DNA from: Octopus vulgaris
Lineage: Eukaryota
Assembly: GCA_951406725.2 (NCBI GenBank)
Contig: OX597821.1
Location: 24,552,001-24,616,000 of the forward strand
DNA: 64,000 bases
Reading direction: 5' to 3'
Shown here: piece after piece, positions 43,069 to 57,228 of the stretch
Numbering within the stretch: the stretch's first letter is position 1
Layout of the letters: every line of letters starts with the position of its first letter
Translations under genes and position numbers: made by a program
The notes under the pieces: model-generated
What the model was told of the DNA's origin: nothing
The model's input: the letters and a program-made list of their open reading frames with translations, nothing else
Database searches by the model: none

Positions 43069-43399
43069 AATAAGAAAATGGAGCAATATATATGTGAGTG
43101 TATGTGTGTGTGTGTGCATCAGTCTATCTATCTATGGACCTGTTGCTTACTGGGAAACATCTTTCGTAATAGTGAGGCGTAGCATGTTCTTGAGTGTGAT
43201 TTTAAAAGTACTGGTAGCATGGTGTCCTAGCTTAAGGAGGTGGTGATATCAATAATAGTCTCTTGATATGTATAGTGATTGCACATTTACACGCATATTA
43301 ACATCGATTCATTGACTCACAGATCACCAAAGCTCGCATAGAAATATTAGGATTGCCCTCAGCAATGAAAATTCTACTCGAAATCAAAAAACTTTTAGT

Positions 43400-44230
43400 C
43401 GTAACTCAACGTACATTTTGGATACGATTCGATTGTATGATACAGAGCAAGATTTTTAAACTTAGATAACCTTAATGAAATGTAATGCCTATTGTTTTGG
43501 AGGAACTGAGAATCATTAGTTGGGTTCGCTATAAGGAAGAACACAGTGCCACGACTTACTGGAATGTCTACATCAGTAAGCAACAAGGCTATAGACAACA
43601 TTCATCTTTTGACAATATAAACTACTACTTTTAGGAAACTTCAATGCCATGATTAGAAAGACTCCAGAAAGTGGATCATGAATATGGGAAAGCATGGTGT
43701 TTGGTATTGTGACTCCAAAAGAAAGCTTCTAATTCAGTGGAATAAGTTTAAACTAATATTGACAAACACCATAATCAAGCAGAAAACCGACCTGGATGTT
43801 CTCATAGATCCAGAAGGGGGGGGGGGGATGGAAATCCATAACAAGAAAGTGATATTTACTCCTAACTACGTACTCCTAACTACGTACTCCTAACTACGTA
43901 ACCCTAACTATTGGATCTATCATCAACTAATCTAAAGTCGCTTACAACATACGTAAAAAGCACAATAACCAAGAGCCAGCTAAACCTGCATGCTAGAACA
44001 GAAAAAAATCCTTGACACCAATGAAGAGATGAAATTAGAACACGAAATGGAAATGACACTTGCTTCAATATGACTTACAAGAAGAGCTGGCGACCGAACG
44101 GGGATAACCATTTCTGCGATATGTTGTAAACGACTAGGCTAAAACATCTGTCAGCAAGCCTGATCGGAGAGACAAAATTTGATTTGTCCCTAAGAATTCT
44201 GAAATGAAATTGATGCCAGAGAAAAGAAAC
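43400..44230 (+). mobile_element. Decayed RTE-clade LINE, AP-endonuclease region
   Basis: KLLLLGNFNA..GKHGV..C.S..KLL...LILTNT..KQ; contains a 14-bp tandem (CTCCTAACTACGTA)x3 at 43859-43910. Confidence 0.6.
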
Positions 44231-44383
44231 TTGACCCACCAAAGAGTGATATAGACTAGAATTATTAGACCAGGTGTATCAAACATATGACTCACAGCAA
44301 TGTTTCATCTGGCCCATGCTCAATTTTATAAAAAAAATTATTTTAATTATTTTTGATTTTAAAATATTCCATGAATTGCACAA

Positions 44384-45190
44384 GATGCATTCCAGTGGTT
44401 TTGAGACTTTTCAGGAAAGACATTTATTAATTTCGACGAAGTGCAACACTCTTGTCTCCAAAGTAGAATCCTCTAGCTTCAATGCATTTGTTGTAGCACT
44501 CCAACCACTTTGTGAAGGCCCCTTGGAATTCCTCCAAAGTGAAGGTGTCTAAGAACCTGGTCACAGCCTCCTCCATCTTTTTGAGTTTAGGGAACAACCA
44601 AAAGTCACTGAGCTGTAAGAAGGTGAGGGACAGTTTTGATGTCCATCTCTGACAAGTAGTAGATTACCAGTATAGAACTGTGGACTACAGCATTGTCCTG
44701 GTTACGACGAAATTTCTTCTCTAAACCTCCGTAAAGTACTCTTTGTTGTCTGGTCAGAGAAAACCCAGTTGATGTTGATGATGCTCTTGCTGTTGAAAAA
44801 GGTATCATCGTGTGTTTCCCGGTAAACTTACTTTGCCTGGCTTCTTGCCCCTGCAAAAAACAGATGCTTGGCTCACACAAATCAATCCATAAGCAATCTG
44901 GAGTATTTCACATGTCTAGAGTATCCCCCCCCCCCCAGTTTAACGTAAAATTTCATTGAACAGCTTGCTTCCAAATTGTCTTCAAGTCCCGACTGCATTC
45001 TGCAAACTCGTCAGCTGAGGCAAGCTGTGTTTAGTAGGATGTGCTCAAAGTGCTGTTAGGATTGTTTCTGCGATGACAAAAGTTGGCAGGTCAGCTTATT
45101 AGACGTATAGTAGTGATAAAAAAAATTTACATAATCTAGGACAGTTATAATTGCTTCTAAAAAAAAGTATCAAAACTTCTGGAATAGACT
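44384..45190 (-). mobile_element. Internally deleted mariner with both TIRs
   Basis: TIRs ATTCCAGTGGTTTTGAGACTTTT and AAAAGTATCAAAACTTCTGGAAT; C-terminus KWLECYNKCIEARGFYFG. Confidence 0.75.
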
Positions 45191-45246
45191 TAGTATACTG
45201 TTACTTGCACTCAAAGTTATTATAAAGTTATTATAATGTATATAGG

Positions 45247-45633
45247 TGGAGGCGCGTGGCTTAGTGGTTAGGGTGTTGAACTCATGATCGTAAGGTTGTG
45301 GTTTCTATTCCTGGACCGGGCGATGCATTGTGTTCTTGAGCAAAGCACTTCATTTTCACGTTGTTCCAGTCCACTCAGCTGGCAAAAATGAGTAATCCTG
45401 CGACGGACCGGCGTCCCGTCCAGGTGGGAAATTTCTACGCCACTGGGCGACGCGTTGTGTTCTTGAGCAAAGCACTTCATTTTCACGTTGTTCCAGTTCA
45501 CTCAGCTGGCAAAAATGAATAACGCTGCGATGGACTGGCGCCCCGTCCAGCTGGGGAACACATACGCCATTGAATCCGGGGAAACCGGGCCCATGAACCT
45601 GGCTAGGCTTTAAAAGAGCGCATTTATTTTATT
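45247..45633 (+). mobile_element. tRNA-derived SINE family D with Deu/Nin-like core, duplicated internally
   Basis: tRNA head; core CTGCGATGGACTGGCG.CCCGTCCAG; 127-bp unit repeated from 45318 and 45445. Confidence 0.85.
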
Positions 45634-46209
45634 ATAATGTATATAGACATCTTTATCCATTGGCCTACATCGTAGATAAATACCTTGGGAACAATTGTCG
45701 ATCTCCGGCTCGCGGTGTCTACCTTACGCTTCAATTCGACTATCAAAGCCAAACAAGTTTGACCTTCCTTCCCACACTTCACTGACCAGGGCCACTTACA
45801 TTGACACTTGCTGGCTGCTGCATTCTTTATATATTGTTTTGCCTTTCTTGTTATCGATGATAGATTGTCCATTTTGCGTCGTCATTTTATTTACATTATC
45901 GCTACCACAGCTTCAGCCACCATCACCGTCACCATTACACACTGCTACCACTATCCCCACTATCATTACCATCGCACCCAAACCCCACAACCGCCATCAC
46001 ACATCATCCCTCATCATCACCACGGTTCAACGAGAGAACTCGACCTTCTAGAATTAGCAGTTAAATCTATCTCAAATCATCCCCACCCCCACTGTTTTAA
46101 AGGTAAGTTTATAACACATTTGATAATGAAGTATTGTATGGGAGGAAGGTCCTAGCTGGAGCGCTTTCTTTACATATCATATAAGGATCTGCTTATGTCT
46201 ATCAGTACA

Positions 46210-46240
<31 letters not shown>

Positions 46241-46578
46241 CTTCTTCTTCTTCTGCTGCTGCTGCTGCTGCTACTGCTGTCACTACTATTATTGCGGTTG
46301 CTGCCGTTGTTGCTGCTGCTGCTACTATTATGACCGTTGCTGCCGTTGCTACTGCTGCTGCTGCTGCTGAATGCTGCTGCTGCCGCTGCCGCTGCTGCTG
46401 AATAGTACCGCCGCCGCAGTTGCCATTGCTACCCTGCAACTACTACTACTACTACTACTACTTTCTCTAGCACCACACGTTACTGCCACCAGCAGCAGCA
46501 CCACCACCATCATCATTACTATCACCACTCCGGCCACTACCACCCTGGTCACCATTCCCACTACAACCACCACCATTA

Positions 46579-46805
46579 CCTATTTCATTATTACCCACAA
46601 AGGGCTAAACACAGAGGGGACAAACAAGGACAGACAAACGGATTAAGTCGACCCCAGTGCGCAAAAGGTACTTAATTTATCGACCTCGAAAGGCTGAAAG
46701 GCAAAGTCGACCTCGGCGGAATTTGAACTCAGAACGTAACGGCAGACGAAATACGGCTACGCATTTCGCCCGGCGCGCTAACGTTTCTGCCAGCTCGCCG
46801 CCTTT
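46579..46805 (-). mobile_element. SINE family B, Tx1-tail variant
   Basis: Family B head and core; last ~50 nt match the Tx1 LINE 3' end at 24793-24842. Confidence 0.9.
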
Positions 46806-47812
46806 ACCACCCCACCGAAAAAACTACGCTGTCACCGTCACATTACGCTTCCAATATCAACGTCACTACGCCACTATCACCAATTGCGTCACCACCACTA
46901 CCACCAACAACAACAACAATTCCCTCACACCACTGCCATTATCACCCCTCCCATCATTACCACTTCCACTACCACCACCACCACTGCTATCAGCATCGCA
47001 GCACAACAACCACTACTACTATTACCATAACAATCCAGTTCAGTCAGAGGATACCGAAAGCGTAGCAGTGTTAGTAATGCGGGTATGCTGATAGCGGTAA
47101 TATTAGTAGGACCGTACAATGCACTAATTACCTACCCGTATAGGGATCCGTGGTAGTGGTGATAGTGGTGGTGGCGGCGGTGGTGGTGGTGGTGGTGGTG
47201 GGCGTCGTCGTCAGTGAAGGGGCTCGTGTTGGTGATGGTTGCGGTAGTAGTGACGGTAGAGCTGGTAGTGGTTTTGACAGGATATCGTCGAGGTTAGTTA
47301 TGACATTGATGATGGTGGTGGTGATGATAGTAGTGGTGGTGGTGGTGGTGGTGGTGGTTGTGGTAGTAGTTGTAGCTCTTGTACTCGTTGTTGTTGTTGT
47401 AGTGGTGGTGGTGGTGATGGTGTTATTGACTGTGGGTTGCGATGGTAGTGTTATTAGTCGTTGTTTAATCCCAACTTGACCCTCTTCAAACTGGCCACTC
47501 TTCAAAGGCCACTCCAACAGTAAACAGTTCATGTTTTACGGATATATTTAAGATTACTTTAAGATGTGTCCTTTAAGATGATATACAGGTATAAGGTGTA
47601 TTGCACAATTACTACTAAATCTATTTTACAGACAGACGTATAGTTAATAACAGAGAAAGCTATATAGTCTATGGAATGAACATGTATAGAATATGTAGTT
47701 TATGCAACTACATAAACTACAGTATAAACTGATACATCCGATGCAAATATGTATGTGGTTGTGTACATGGGTGTGCATGTGTTTGTGCGTGTATACACAT
47801 ACATACATACAT

Positions 47813-47899
<87 letters not shown>

Positions 47900-47902
<3 letters not shown>

Positions 47903-48103
47903 TATGTGACTGCGTCTTCCTTTTTTTTTTCTCCGTCTTCCCTTCTTTGGATCTTTCCTTTTCCTATGTTTCTGACGAAGAGCTCCGCTCGAAACGTTAA
48001 ACCCTTCTTCTTTCCTTCTTTCCTGAGCGTCCAATAATACTATCCTTGTTCCACGTCCTCGCGTTGTGTTTTCTCTTTGTGTTTTCATGTTTGGATTAAC
48101 TTT
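47900..48103 (+). mobile_element. About 200-bp hammerhead-bearing element (Penelope pLTR or retrozyme-like)
   Basis: Related copies at 58575-58768 (+) and 63617-63815 (-); all end in (TA)n. Confidence 0.75.
47968..48002 (+). ncRNA. Minimal type I hammerhead ribozyme
   Basis: GTTT-CTGACGA-A-GAGC(TCC)GCTC-GAAA-CG-TT-AAAC; palindromic AACGTT stem III as in dimerising minimal hammerheads. Confidence 0.85.
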
Positions 48104-48197
48104 ATATATATATTATAAATTAAAATCTATATTAGATTTTATCAAGTAGTTAGCATCAATCGGTTAAGGTTAAATTAATCATTAAGATATATATATC

Positions 48198-48590
48198 AGG
48201 AGTGGCTGTGTGGTAAGTAGCTTGCTAACCAACCACATGGTTCCGGGTTCAGTCCCTCTGCGTGGCATCTTGGGCAAGTGTATTCTACTATAGCCCCGGG
48301 TCGACCAATGCCTTGTGAGTGGATTTGGTAGACGGAAACTGAAAGAAGCCTGTCGTATATATATATGTATGTGTGTGTGTTTGTGTGTCTGTGTTTGTCC
48401 CCCTAGCATTGCTTGACAACTGATGCTTGTATGTTTACGTCCCCGTCACTTAGCGGTTCGGCAAAATAGACTAATAGAATAAGTACTGGGCTTACAAAGA
48501 ATAAGTCCCGGGGTCGATTTGCTCGACTAAAGGTGGTGCCCCAGCATGGCCGCAGTCAAAATGACTGAAACAAGTAAAAAAAAAAAGAGT
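48198..48590 (+). mobile_element. SINE family A
   Basis: Near full length. Confidence 0.92.
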
Positions 48591-48601
48591 ATATATATAT
48601 G

Positions 48602-48679
<78 letters not shown>

Positions 48680-48683
48680 TATA

Positions 48684-49582
48684 CACGACGGTGTTTCAAA
48701 AGATTTGATGCCCTTTGAGATGTAAATATCACAGAAACTACATAGTCAAAGCAAATGAAACTAAACAGGCTTAATGTTGAGCAACATGAGATTTATTCCT
48801 CCAAATTTGAATGAGAAATTCAAAGATATGTGGATGCCATGAGCGATTTCACAAATGTTCAATATGTGCACCGCCTGAGACACGGCACACGTCAAGTCGG
48901 TAGTCCAGCTCTTCCTAAACACGCTGCAGCATGTCTTGGGTAGCAGTCTCCAGTGCGGCAGTAACTCTCTGCTCGAGTTCCTCTAGGTTTGCAGGAAGAG
49001 GAGGGACATAGACCAGGCCCTTCACAAAGCCCCATGTTTATGCTTTCGCTTGTCATCTGCCGTTATGGCCTGAACGAATTGCAGCTCGTAAGGTTTCATT
49101 AGCAAGCGTTTCGTCAGGACGCGCCAAACTGTCATTGGAGGAATCTCGGTTTCCAGACTTGCTCTTCTTATGAACTTCTTAGGGCTTCGCAAGAGTTTTT
49201 AGCGAACCCACTCGACCGTCTCTTCTGATATTTGTGGCAGTCCAGATCCTTTTGACCTGCAGAGACAGCCTTCCTCTTTGAATTTTTTGTGCCGTTTTTC
49301 AAATCTGCATTGCCGTTGGTGACTTTTTAGAGAACTATCACACAAATGCACGCTGCACAGTCTTTTTTCGACTATGTTCAAGCATACTCCAGCACACAAA
49401 ACGCCTTTCTTCTTCCAGTGAATGTCGTTTCTATACCTGAAAAGATAAACATATATAACATTAAACATAAAACTTTGACCTGTTTTTACACACACTGTTA
49501 AAATTTGAAGTCATTTGAACAAGAACTGGCAGAGTTATTAGATTCCGAAATGATATCAAGTTCTTTAAAAAACCCGCACTGT

Positions 49583-49586
<4 letters not shown>
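48684..49586 (-). mobile_element. Tc1/mariner relic (rosa/DD41D-like), internally deleted
   Basis: KFKEEGCLC..KGSG.P..SEETVE.VR...RSPKK..RRAS.E..IP..TVWRVL.KRL.MKPY; WGFVKGLVYVPPLP..LEEL..RLDVCR..GGAHIEHL. Confidence 0.8.
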
Positions 49587-49659
<73 letters not shown>

Positions 49660-50023
49660 CATCTCTCATGTGGCCTGCTTCTTGTAGAAGGTTACCCTTG
49701 CATGGTCTATAGTATAGACTGATAAGTAATTCTATAGTATAGATTGATATATAAACAAGCATGTGGTCTACAGAAAAGATTGTTGTAAAATATATATCTT
49801 TTTCCTCTTACTTGTTTCAGTCATTAGACTGCAGCCATGCTGAGGAACTGCCTTGAAGAATATCAGGATTTATTACGTTTTTAAAAAGACTGTTACTTAT
49901 TCCTTCGGGTCTCTTTTGCTGAACTGCTAAGTTATGGAGACGTAAACACACAGACACAGGTTGTCAAGCAGTTGTGGGGGATAAACACACACACACACAC
50001 ATGTTTGTATGTATGTATGTATG

Positions 50024-50217
<194 letters not shown>

Positions 50218-50861
50218 AGAGGCGACTCCAGGACATCAGCGTCACTCAGGCTCATCACAGGCTCGGCAACGACATCCCAGTCTCGCGCCATTTCCGCTCT
50301 ACCGGTCACTCTTTACAACACTCGTCTGTGTTCGGATTGTCCTTGCACAGGGGCCATCCGGACACCCGTCTTCGCCGTGAACAAGAATTAATCTTCTCTC
50401 TTCGCTGCTTTGCGTCACATAGGTTCAACTCTCCTCCCCTCCTCTTTCCTCTCTTCCTCTCACACTTATTTCCTCCCTTTACTCCCACCCACCACTCCTC
50501 TCTTGCTCTGATACATACTTCCTCTCTTCACTCCTACCCACCTTCTCCCTTCCACCCTCTCCCTTCATCGTCACCCCTCCATAGTTACCCCACCCCTACA
50601 CATTCCCACCCCACCATCCTTATACATCCCATCCCACATATTCCACTCCCACATACGCCACCACCACCCTCATACCCACTTCCATATACGCACCCCTAAC
50701 CAACCTACACCCACCCTTGCTTCCCCCACACTCACCTCCCTCTCACCCCAACACCACCACAAAACCACACCACATCTTACCACAAAACACACCACCAAAC
50801 CGCACCACACCACATCACACCATCTCGCACACACTAGTACTGACCACTTGCCAGCACCTAC

Positions 50862-51095
50862 ACCTATTTCTTTACTACCCACAAGGGGCTAAACACAGAG
50901 GGAACAAACAAGGACAGACAAATGGATTAAGTCGATTATATCGACCCCAGTGCGTAACTGGTACTCAATTTATCGACCCCGAAAGGATGAAAGGCACAGT
51001 CGACCTCGGCGGAATTTGAACTCAGAACGTAACGGCAGACGAAATACGGCTACACATTTCGTCCGGCGTGCTAACGTTTCTGCCAACTCGCTGCC
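50862..51095 (-). mobile_element. SINE family B, Tx1-tail variant, inserted in the Penelope UTR
   Basis: Same structure as 46579-46805. Confidence 0.9.
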
Positions 51096-51337
51096 AGCAC
51101 CCACACCATCATCCACACACCTAAACATGCGCACACACACACACACGTCAAAGTCATAAGCCCCTATCCACACACATACACACGTACTCGCACCTTCGTT
51201 CTGGGATCACCACTACTTTTTTTATCTCCCCTTCTTCCTAGCTCTTCTGTCTGACCACTTCTGTCAGGCTTTCGAAATGATTGATCGCTAGCCACTAAAC
51301 CCTTTTTGATTTTCTCTCTCTCTGCTTATTTCTGTGT

Positions 51338-51376
51338 TCTTTTCTGTTGAAGAACGTAGGTTCGAAATGTAAAAGA
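51338..51376 (+). ncRNA. Decayed minimal hammerhead ribozyme
   Basis: TCTTTT-CTGTTGA-A-GAAC(GTAG)GTTC-GAAA-TGTA-AAAGA; core A6 mutated. Confidence 0.6.
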
Positions 51377-51469
51377 CTTTCTCACTTGCCGAGCGTTAAA
51401 CTAATACATATGTTTGCTGTTTACACACCTGTCTTCGTCTTTTTTTTTTTGTAAATTCCAACTGTAATT

Positions 51470-51511
<42 letters not shown>

Positions 51512-52901
51512 TGTATGTATGTATGTATGTATGTATGTATGTATGTATGTATGTATGTATGTATGTATGTGTGTGTATGTGTGTGTGTCAGAGAGAGAGA
51601 GAGACGGGTTTCTTTCAGTTTTTGTCTACCAAATACACCTACGATACTCTGGTCGACCCGAGGCTATAGTTAAAGACACTTGCCCAAGGTGTCACTCAGT
51701 AGGATGAACCTGGAGCCAATGTGGTTAGGAAGCAAACTTCTTACCACAAGGCCATGCCTGGAGCAATAGTATTCATTAGTGTATGTCAAATGTCATTCAA
51801 ATAATACCACATCAAAAAAAGGAAGAGAAGATTCACTAAATATAGTCGTAAATACAACATTTCTTGCAAAAAAAAAAAAGAGAAATGAAAAAGAAAGATG
51901 GTTACGTTACGAATGGAATGTCAGTGATGATGGCTATTTACGATTGAGGATCATCTTTATTATCCCAGATTATTTATCTTCTATCTTTTACTTGTTTCAC
52001 TCATAGAACTGCGGTGGGTTTACAGGAACCATTTATATTTATCATCTCTATGAACAACATAGCCATGGCCTCAAAATTATGACGAACTTAAACACGAATA
52101 AAGTTAAAACAAACAGTATGAAGTGTTTCAATTTTTAAATGTAAGAATTTGGTTGCCGAAACATAAACTCTCTTTGAATGTCTCTCCCTCTCAATATCTC
52201 AAAAAGCTGGGTATATACTTCATCATCATCCGTATCAGAAATACGTTTCTCCTGATTCAATCCGACAGTTTGAATCTGAATTTAGCAGAAACGAATACGT
52301 TCAGACAATAGAAGATAAATTTAATTTCGTTATAGCTCCCATTCATGTAATAGAAACGACTAAGTTATGAAGTGTATTATAGTTTGAACATATAATAATA
52401 CTTCATAGCCATTTGATAACTAAATCTCTTTGCGTTGTAATAAACAGATAAAAAGCGATATATATATATATATTATAACAATTTAATAAATAAAACATAT
52501 GCATACATACATACATATATGTACATACCTACATTTATATGTATATATACATGCATATATGAGTACAGGACTCCACAAATAAACGTAGAACACAACGAGA
52601 AACGAAAACATAAAACCAAACAGGGAAAGGGACTTTTTTTAACAACGAAAAAACAGAGTACAAGACAAACAACACAAGAAACATTCCCTTTCTTCAGCTG
52701 CCCCTGTTTCGACTCAATGCGTGTTTCGAAGGTAAGGGCAGAACACGACCACGTCGAAGAAGTCCTTCCCGCAAAATGAATTAAATAAAATTTTTTGCGG
52801 AGGGGTAAAAAAAGTGACAAGAACAGGACGTAAAAGCAATACAAATGAAGAAAAAAACAGTACAAATAAAGATAAAAACAGTAAAAGACAGGACAAGGAA
52901 A

Positions 52902-52953
<52 letters not shown>

Positions 52954-52958
52954 TATAT

Positions 52959-53626
52959 AAACAAATTCAAAATGTGATAAAATAAAATTAATTATTATCG
53001 CTGGTGTTTCTAGCACAGGCCATATATTATTCATATATAAGTACATTAAAGGCGAAGTATGTACTAGATACACAGAAGCTTGATAAATTTAGTGAAATGA
53101 AAATAAAAACTTTTACTAACTCGGCTCATCTGTGTGACTGCAGTGTGTGTGTGTGTGTGTTAATATTTATTTACTCAGGTAGGCTCTTCAGTAAGATTCC
53201 TGTTATTATGAAATCGCACCACGATAGACACATGTGCGTCTACTAATTTGCTCTTTCTAACTAATCAGATCACTGCGCAGACGCAGAACGTACCCGACAA
53301 ACTGGGGATTTCTGGTATATAGTCTAACGCTCAAAATTTATCGAGAAATATGTAAACAAATTCAAAATGCGATAAAATAAAATTAATTATTATCGCTGGT
53401 GTTTCTAGCACAGGCCATATATTATTCATATATAAGTACATTAAAGGCGAAGTATGTACTGGATACACAGAAGCTTGATAAATTTAGTGAAATGAAAATA
53501 AAAACTTTTACTAACTCGGTTCATCTTAGACTGCAGTTTCGCCTTTTTCAGCAATAAAAATAATATTTATTTACTCAGGTAGGCTCTTCAGTAAGATTCC
53601 TGTTATTATGAAATCGCACCACGATA

Positions 53627-53630
<4 letters not shown>
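52959..53630 (-). mobile_element. Retrozyme-like tandem: ~400-nt monomer, 1.7 copies, within (TA)n
   Basis: Direct repeats 52959-53230 and 53354-53630, each with a hammerhead position. Confidence 0.75.
53523..53597 (-). ncRNA. Intact type I hammerhead ribozyme
   Basis: ATCTTA-CTGAAGA-GCCT(36 nt)AGGC-GAAAC-TGCA-GTC-TAAGAT; GUC triplet; predicted cut between 53529 and 53528. Confidence 0.9.
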
Positions 53631-53717
<87 letters not shown>

Positions 53718-54138
53718 TGAGATTAAAAGCGCAAGTATGGGTGTGTGGTTAAGAAGCTCGCTTTGCAGCCATGTGGTTGTGTGTCCAATCCCACCGCGCG
53801 GTACCTTTGGCAAGTGGATAAATTTGGTAGGAAACCGTGTGTGCGCGCGCGCGCGCCTGTCTCCTCTCCGCACTACTTAACAACTGATGTTGGTTTGCTA
53901 ACGACCCCATAAGTTAGCGGTTCGGCAAAAAGCGTCCGATAACATAGGTATCAGGCTTGAAGAAAAAAAAAAAGGTAGACGGGGGGATTTGTTCGACTAA
54001 ACCATTGGTTCTCAACCGGGGTCCATTTAAGACTTTGTTGATAAAATTTATACGCAATAAAATGCTTATACCCCTACGATGAGCAAAATATTTTAACATA
54101 TTTTTTAATCCTGGTCACGGCAGTCCACCATTACCTCT

Positions 54139-54603
<465 letters not shown>

Positions 54604-54625
54604 AAATACAGTTTTTAATAATATT

Positions 54626-54957
54626 TACTCTTTTTTCTTGTTTCAGTTTTGTGACTGTAACCATGCTGGAGCACCGCCTTTAGTCGTGCAAATCGACCTC
54701 AGGATTAATTCTTTGTAAGCCTAGTACTTATTCTATCGGTCTGTTTTGCCGAACCGCTAAGCATCGGTTGCCAAGCAATGTTGGGTAGGGGACAGACACA
54801 GACACACAAACATATACACACACATACATATATATATATATATACATATATACGACGGGCTTCTTTCAGTTTCCGTCTACCAAATCCACTCACGAGGGTT
54901 TGGTTGGCCCGGGGCTATAGCAGAAGACACTTGTCCAAGGTACCATGCAGTGGGACT
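54626..54957 (-). mobile_element. SINE family A nested in the hAT MITE, 5'-truncated
   Basis: Tail-to-tail with the previous copy. Confidence 0.88.
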
Positions 54958-55848
54958 AATAATAAAAATATAATAATACTTTTTTAAACATCAAACAGCC
55001 TTGGAGGTCTACCCGAGTAAGGAATCAAAGGGGTCCAAAATAGTTAAGAACCACTGGACAAAACCTTTCAAGGCGGTGCCCCAGCATGGTCGTAGCCCAA
55101 GTAAAAAGCGATAAAGATGTACACACAAACGCTATAGCCTCTATACACGCTATAGCCTTGCCTTTCTTCTCTCTCTCTCTCTTTCTCGTCCACATCTCTC
55201 TCTCTCGTCCACCTCTCTCTCATCACACTCTATCTCCACTACTTTTCTTTCATTTCACCACATTCTCTTCCCATTCATCTCACTCCTTAAGACTCCCAAC
55301 TCCTACCTCACTTCTCTTCATCCATCGTTCTCTCCCCCTCTAACTCCCCCATACTCTTCTTCTTCCACATTTTCCTCACCCCCACTCCAATAATTTTCCA
55401 TATCCATATTTCGCTTTCCCCTACTTCCCACAGTATTACTTCCCTACTTACTTACCAACGGCACTCAGTAAGCATGCGTCAGACGTCGAGCCTTACCTGA
55501 GAACGAGGCCAATTATACACACGTGCAATACAATATATTTGCCCGCATCAATCGTATCTTAGTATTTTTTCTTCCAACGTATTCAACTTAATTCGGACAC
55601 GACTTTCGCACGCGTTTTACGTCTGTCATATCTAACAGATAAACTGAATGAATATAAGTATACGTACATAAATTTATACTTATGTATGTATGTATGTATG
55701 TATGTATGTATGTATGTATGTATGTATGTATGTATTATATATATATATCATATATAAATAGAAATAGAGATAGATAGGGAGATAAATAGATAGATAAATG
55801 TATGTATACATTATGTATATATTCTATGTTTATATTTATATAGTGTAA

Positions 55849-55893
<45 letters not shown>

Positions 55894-55997
55894 GTAGCAT
55901 TCGTGTGAAGATAAAATCTTCAAACGTCTCTGAAAGGGTTCGAACTTAGATGATACAGAAACAGAAGTAAAACACAGACTTTATATTATGTCTTCCC

Positions 55998-56047
<50 letters not shown>

Positions 56048-56149
56048 ACTCACTCTCGATATCTCTCCTTCCTACTTCCTCGCTCTATCGATACAACATT
56101 TACTCATCATTTCATATAGTTCCCCCTTCCTCTTAAAGACACTTACCTC

Positions 56150-57220
56150 GTAAAAGATTATGTGAAACCAAATGGATATAGTTAGCGTAAAATCGCAGAA
56201 AACTTTGGGATCCTGCTTTCTACAGCTAATAGGGTGATTATGCAATTCACCAGAGAAGGGAAGGAGTCCACATCATCTTGTCCAGATCAACCATGGCCCT
56301 CTGACAGGACCCTTCTCTTTGCTAAGAGAAGTGTGGAGGATAGTCCTCGTTGCAAGACATCTGACATAGCAGAGCAAGTTGATGTCAGTCCCAGAACAGC
56401 TGTCAGGTATCTCCACAAACTTGGTTACTATGGCAGAGCAGGAAGATGGACACCATATCTTTGACCAGCGAATATGAAGCGGAGAAAAGATTAAGCCAGT
56501 GAGATGGTGGAGAGGCCATTAGCATTTTGGGACACTGTCATTCTCTGATGAGTCTAGATTTGCTGTATTTCCTAAAAGTGGTCGAGTGTGGGTCTGGAGA
56601 CTGTGCTCAAGTATTTGATGTGAAAAGATTGCAACCAGCAATGAAACACACCAGCTATTCTGTGATGGTCCGAGGAACAATTTGGAGCAATGGTTGATCA
56701 GAGCTGGTGAAGTGCGAGGGAAAGATAAACTCAAATAGATATGTGTCCATATTGCAGAAAGGACTCCTTCCAAACTTCTCCAGTGGTGAAATGATTAAAG
56801 AAGACTATTCATGGAAGATGGGATTCCTAGTCACACGATTAAAATGACCCAAGTTTTGTTGGAAAAGAATGGCATCAGAAAGCTTCAATAGCCAAGCCAG
56901 TTACCAGATATAAACCCTATAGAACACCCCTGGGGCATAATGGACAGGACATTTCATAAACACAACAAGAAAGCATCTTCAAAGCCAGATCTTTTGAGAT
57001 TATTGCATGAAACTTAGCAAAGAATTCCGCAAGAGAATATTCACCATCTGATCAGTAACATGCCTAATAGGGCCCTTGCATTGAAAAATGCAAAGAGCAG
57101 ATCTACTAAATATTAAATGTTCACTTTATAACAACTAACAAATAATTTGAATGTATAATTTCAGATTTAAGTAAATTTTAATGATTATAAGGGTGTCTGT
57201 TTACTTCTTTCATGTCTGTG
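56150..57220 (+). pseudogene. Tc1 (DD34E-type) transposase relic
   Basis: HTH region, FSDESRF, GRVWVWR, MEDG.PSH, PSQLPDINPIEH.WG; many stops; 3' TIR-like end. Confidence 0.88.
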
Positions 57221-57228
57221 TGTATATA

